Below are positions 18,792 through 21,184 of a DNA stretch of 21,184 nt, piece after piece. Source of the DNA: Promethearchaeota archaeon (GTDB taxonomy: Archaea; Asgardarchaeota; Lokiarchaeia; Sigyniarchaeales; SOKP01); assembly GCA_016926735.1 (NCBI GenBank), contig JAFGOA010000126.1, forward strand, positions 1 to 21,184, in the 5' to 3' direction. Within the stretch, counting starts at the first letter, position 1, and the number at the start of each line of letters is the position of its first letter. Under the pieces are notes generated by a model. The model searched no databases. It was not told where the DNA came from and saw only the letters and a list, made by a program, of their open reading frames with translations. The position numbers and the translations under genes are program-made.

Positions 18792-20207
18792 TTATTCTTT
18801 AATAATTAAATTATTTGAATTAAGTAAATATTCATTTATTGCATTCGCAGCTATCCTACCAGCACCCATTGCTGAAATAACAGTTGCAGAACCTGTAACA
18901 ATATCACCACCAGCAAATATATCTTTTATATTAGTCTGACCTCTTTCATTTGTTTCTATATAGCCCAATTTATTTAAATTTAACTCTGGTGTTGCATTTG
19001 TAAGGATTGGATTTGCTCTTGTCCCTATAGCTACTATTATCATATCTGTTTTAATAATATATTCTGATCCTTCAATTGGAATAGGCTTACTTCTCCCGGA
19101 TTCATCTAGATCCCCTAATTGCATCTTTCGGACTCTCATTTCTTTTACCTTACCATTTTCATCTCCGAGAAATTCTAAAGGATCTGTAAGGAATAAGAAT
19201 TCAACTCCTTCTTCCTTACCATGATAGATTTCTTCTTTTCTTGCAGGCATCTCTTTCTCACTTCTACGATAGACGATTGTTACTTTCTCAGCTCCTAATC
19301 GTAAAGCCACTCGTGCTGAATCCATTGCAACATTTCCACCTCCAATAACACTTACATATTTTCCTATATTAATTGGTGTATCATAATCAGGAAAATTATA
19401 CGCTTTCATAAGATTAGCGCGAGTAAGAAATTCATTTGCACTAAGTACTCCAATAAGTTCTATACCTGTATTATTTAATAAAATAGGAAGTCCAGCTCCA
19501 ACACTAATAAAGAAAGCTTTAAAACCTAAATTTCTAAGATCACCAAAAGTATAAAGCTTTCCTATTACTGTATTATATTGAATTTTTACTCCTAAAATTT
19601 GAAGAGTCTCAATTTCTTCTTTTACGATTGTCTTAGGTAAACGAAATTCAGGTATACCATATATTAAAACACCTCCACCTGTATGAAAGGCTTCATATAT
19701 AGTAATATCATATCCATATTTAGCTAAATCCGCTGCACACGTCAATCCTGCAGGGCCACTTCCAATAATTGCAACTTTTATTCGATTAGGGGATTGACAA
19801 TCGGGACATATGTTTAATTTATTTTTTTTTTCCCAATCTGCAACAAATCGCTCTAAAGCACCTATGGCTATTGGTTCCCCTCTTTTTCCAAGAATACATC
19901 TTTCCTCACATTGAACCTCTTGAGGACATACTCTTCCACAAATTGCAGGTAAAATATTATAATTTTTAATCAAAGAAATTGCTTCTTTGAATTGTTTGTC
20001 TTTAATATATTTTATAAAACCAGGAATATCGATATTTACAGGACAACCTTCAATACATAATGGTCTTGCACATTGGAGGCACCTATTTGCTTCAATAATA
20101 GCTTGTTCCTCTGAAAAACCACAATTTACTTCTTTAAAATTGCTTAACCTTATTATAGGATTTTGTTCAATCATTTTTTGTCTAGAAGTTCTATTTATTT
20201 TATTCAA
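18792..20207 (-). CDS. nfnB: NfnB/SudA (GltD-like) NADPH-binding Fe-S flavoprotein
   Basis: EANRCLQC-x4-C-x3-CP, ICGRVCPQE-x-QC, IIGSGPAGL, YGIPEFRLPK, VIGGGNVAMD, VYRRS and FAGGDIVTGSATV. Lies directly downstream of nfnA. Confidence 0.9.
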   Translation of the reverse strand: MNKINRTSRQKMIEQNPIIRLSNFKEVNCGFSEEQAIIEANRCLQCARPLCIEGCPVNIDIPGFIKYIKDKQFKEAISLIKNYNILPAICGRVCPQEVQCEERCILGKRGEPIAIGALERFVADWEKKNKLNICPDCQSPNRIKVAIIGSGPAGLTCAADLAKYGYDITIYEAFHTGGGVLIYGIPEFRLPKTIVKEEIETLQILGVKIQYNTVIGKLYTFGDLRNLGFKAFFISVGAGLPILLNNTGIELIGVLSANEFLTRANLMKAYNFPDYDTPINIGKYVSVIGGGNVAMDSARVALRLGAEKVTIVYRRSEKEMPARKEEIYHGKEEGVEFLFLTDPLEFLGDENGKVKEMRVRKMQLGDLDESGRSKPIPIEGSEYIIKTDMIIVAIGTRANPILTNATPELNLNKLGYIETNERGQTNIKDIFAGGDIVTGSATVISAMGAGRIAANAINEYLLNSNNLIIKE

Positions 20208-20229
20208 ATCTACTCATCTCTATCTTTAT

Positions 20230-21108
20230 TTAGTTATTACTTTCCCATTTATTAATTGCCTTGCATTTATTTTCATAATTTTCTAATGAAATAATCTCTT
20301 TTTCCTTAAACCTAATAGATCTTTGGATTAAATTATCAAAATTAACAATATGTCCATCTACATCCGGACCATCAACACAAGCAAAATATATCTTTCCATC
20401 TAGCGAAGAGTATCGACAACCTCCACACATTCCAGTTCCATCAATCATAATTGTATTAAGAGAGACCATTGTTGGTATTTTCGGAAATCCTAATTTACCA
20501 TCGGTAGTCTTTGCTACATATTTCATCATAATTAAGGGTCCAATAGCTATAACCAAGCTTATTGGTTGCTCTATTATGATCTCTTTAAGAGGTTCTGTAA
20601 CCACTCCTTTTTTTCCTTCACTACCATCATCTGTACATATTATTAATTGATCACTAACTAAAGCCATCTTTTCTTTCCAAAATAATAGATCTCTGGTCCT
20701 TGCACCTATTATTATAATAATTTCATTACCCGCTTCTTTTAAAGCTCTAGCTTGAGGATAGCATGGAGCAATCCCAATACCACCGGCTACTACTATAACA
20801 GGATATTTATATTTCTTTATTTGAATATTATTTCCTAATGGTCCTATAACATCTAAAATTTCATCCCCCTCATTTAAAAGTGATAATAATTTGGTGCTTT
20901 TTCCAACTACTTGGAATACAATAGAAATAGTTCCTTTTTCACGATTATAATCTGCTATAGTAAGAGGAAATCGTTCTCCCTTTTCATTTACTCTAAATAA
21001 GAGAAAATTTCCTGGTTGAGATTTCTTTGAAATTTGTTTTTCATAGATCTCCATCTCATAAATAAGATTTTTTACAAGTTCTTTTTTTTTTATTATTTTA
21101 TATCCCAT
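20230..21108 (-). CDS. nfnA: NfnA/SudB (PyrK-like) FAD/[2Fe-2S] subunit of the electron-bifurcating transhydrogenase
   Basis: GERFPLTIAD, VGKST, GPLG, AGGIGIAP, TDDGS-x-G, IGPLIMMK and M-x-DGTGMCGGCR...ACVDGP (Asp/Cys3 cluster motif). ATG at 21108; the ORF extends to 21114. Confidence 0.92.
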   Translation of the reverse strand: MGYKIIKKKELVKNLIYEMEIYEKQISKKSQPGNFLLFRVNEKGERFPLTIADYNREKGTISIVFQVVGKSTKLLSLLNEGDEILDVIGPLGNNIQIKKYKYPVIVVAGGIGIAPCYPQARALKEAGNEIIIIIGARTRDLLFWKEKMALVSDQLIICTDDGSEGKKGVVTEPLKEIIIEQPISLVIAIGPLIMMKYVAKTTDGKLGFPKIPTMVSLNTIMIDGTGMCGGCRYSSLDGKIYFACVDGPDVDGHIVNFDNLIQRSIRFKEKEIISLENYENKCKAINKWESNN

Positions 21109-21184
21109 CAACAATCAACAATTTTAAGACGTTAAAAACACAATATAACAAATTTTTTTTATTATAAAAATTGAATGAATAAAA

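Noticed and set aside
18792-20207. Glutamate synthase small subunit (gltD) call
   Set aside because: It is paired with a PyrK-like NfnA and there is no GltB-type subunit in the window, so NfnAB/SudAB fits better.

Overview
Very AT-rich archaeal chromosomal window, most likely Asgard (Lokiarchaeia-like). This is inferred from the archaeal-type uS10 and SRP RNA together with longin-, V4R- and RING-like small proteins. The left part holds an IMPase/FBPase, an MPG glycosylase and a V4R-like protein. These are followed by an SRP (7S) RNA that the ORF track misses, uS10 detached from the usual EF-1a operon, and a SAM methyltransferase strongly resembling eukaryotic Bud23/WBSCR22. The middle holds an orphan receiver protein, a LITAF-like Zn protein, a hotdog thioesterase, a tiny CxxU-type TGA read-through candidate, a stand-alone Not4-type C4C4 RING followed by a C/D-box sRNA, a START-like plus longin-like gene pair, and an ArsB/NhaD-type permease. 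The right part is a 2-oxoglutarate/NADPH/glutamate cluster (icd-like, gdhA, nfnAB). It surrounds an 869-aa degenerate KaiC-like/PPDK-N fusion of unknown function, and a direct-repeat-flanked single-gene insert lies between icd and gdhA. No transposase, integrase, tRNA, rRNA or CRISPR array was recognised. All family calls come from motif recognition by eye; no searches were run.
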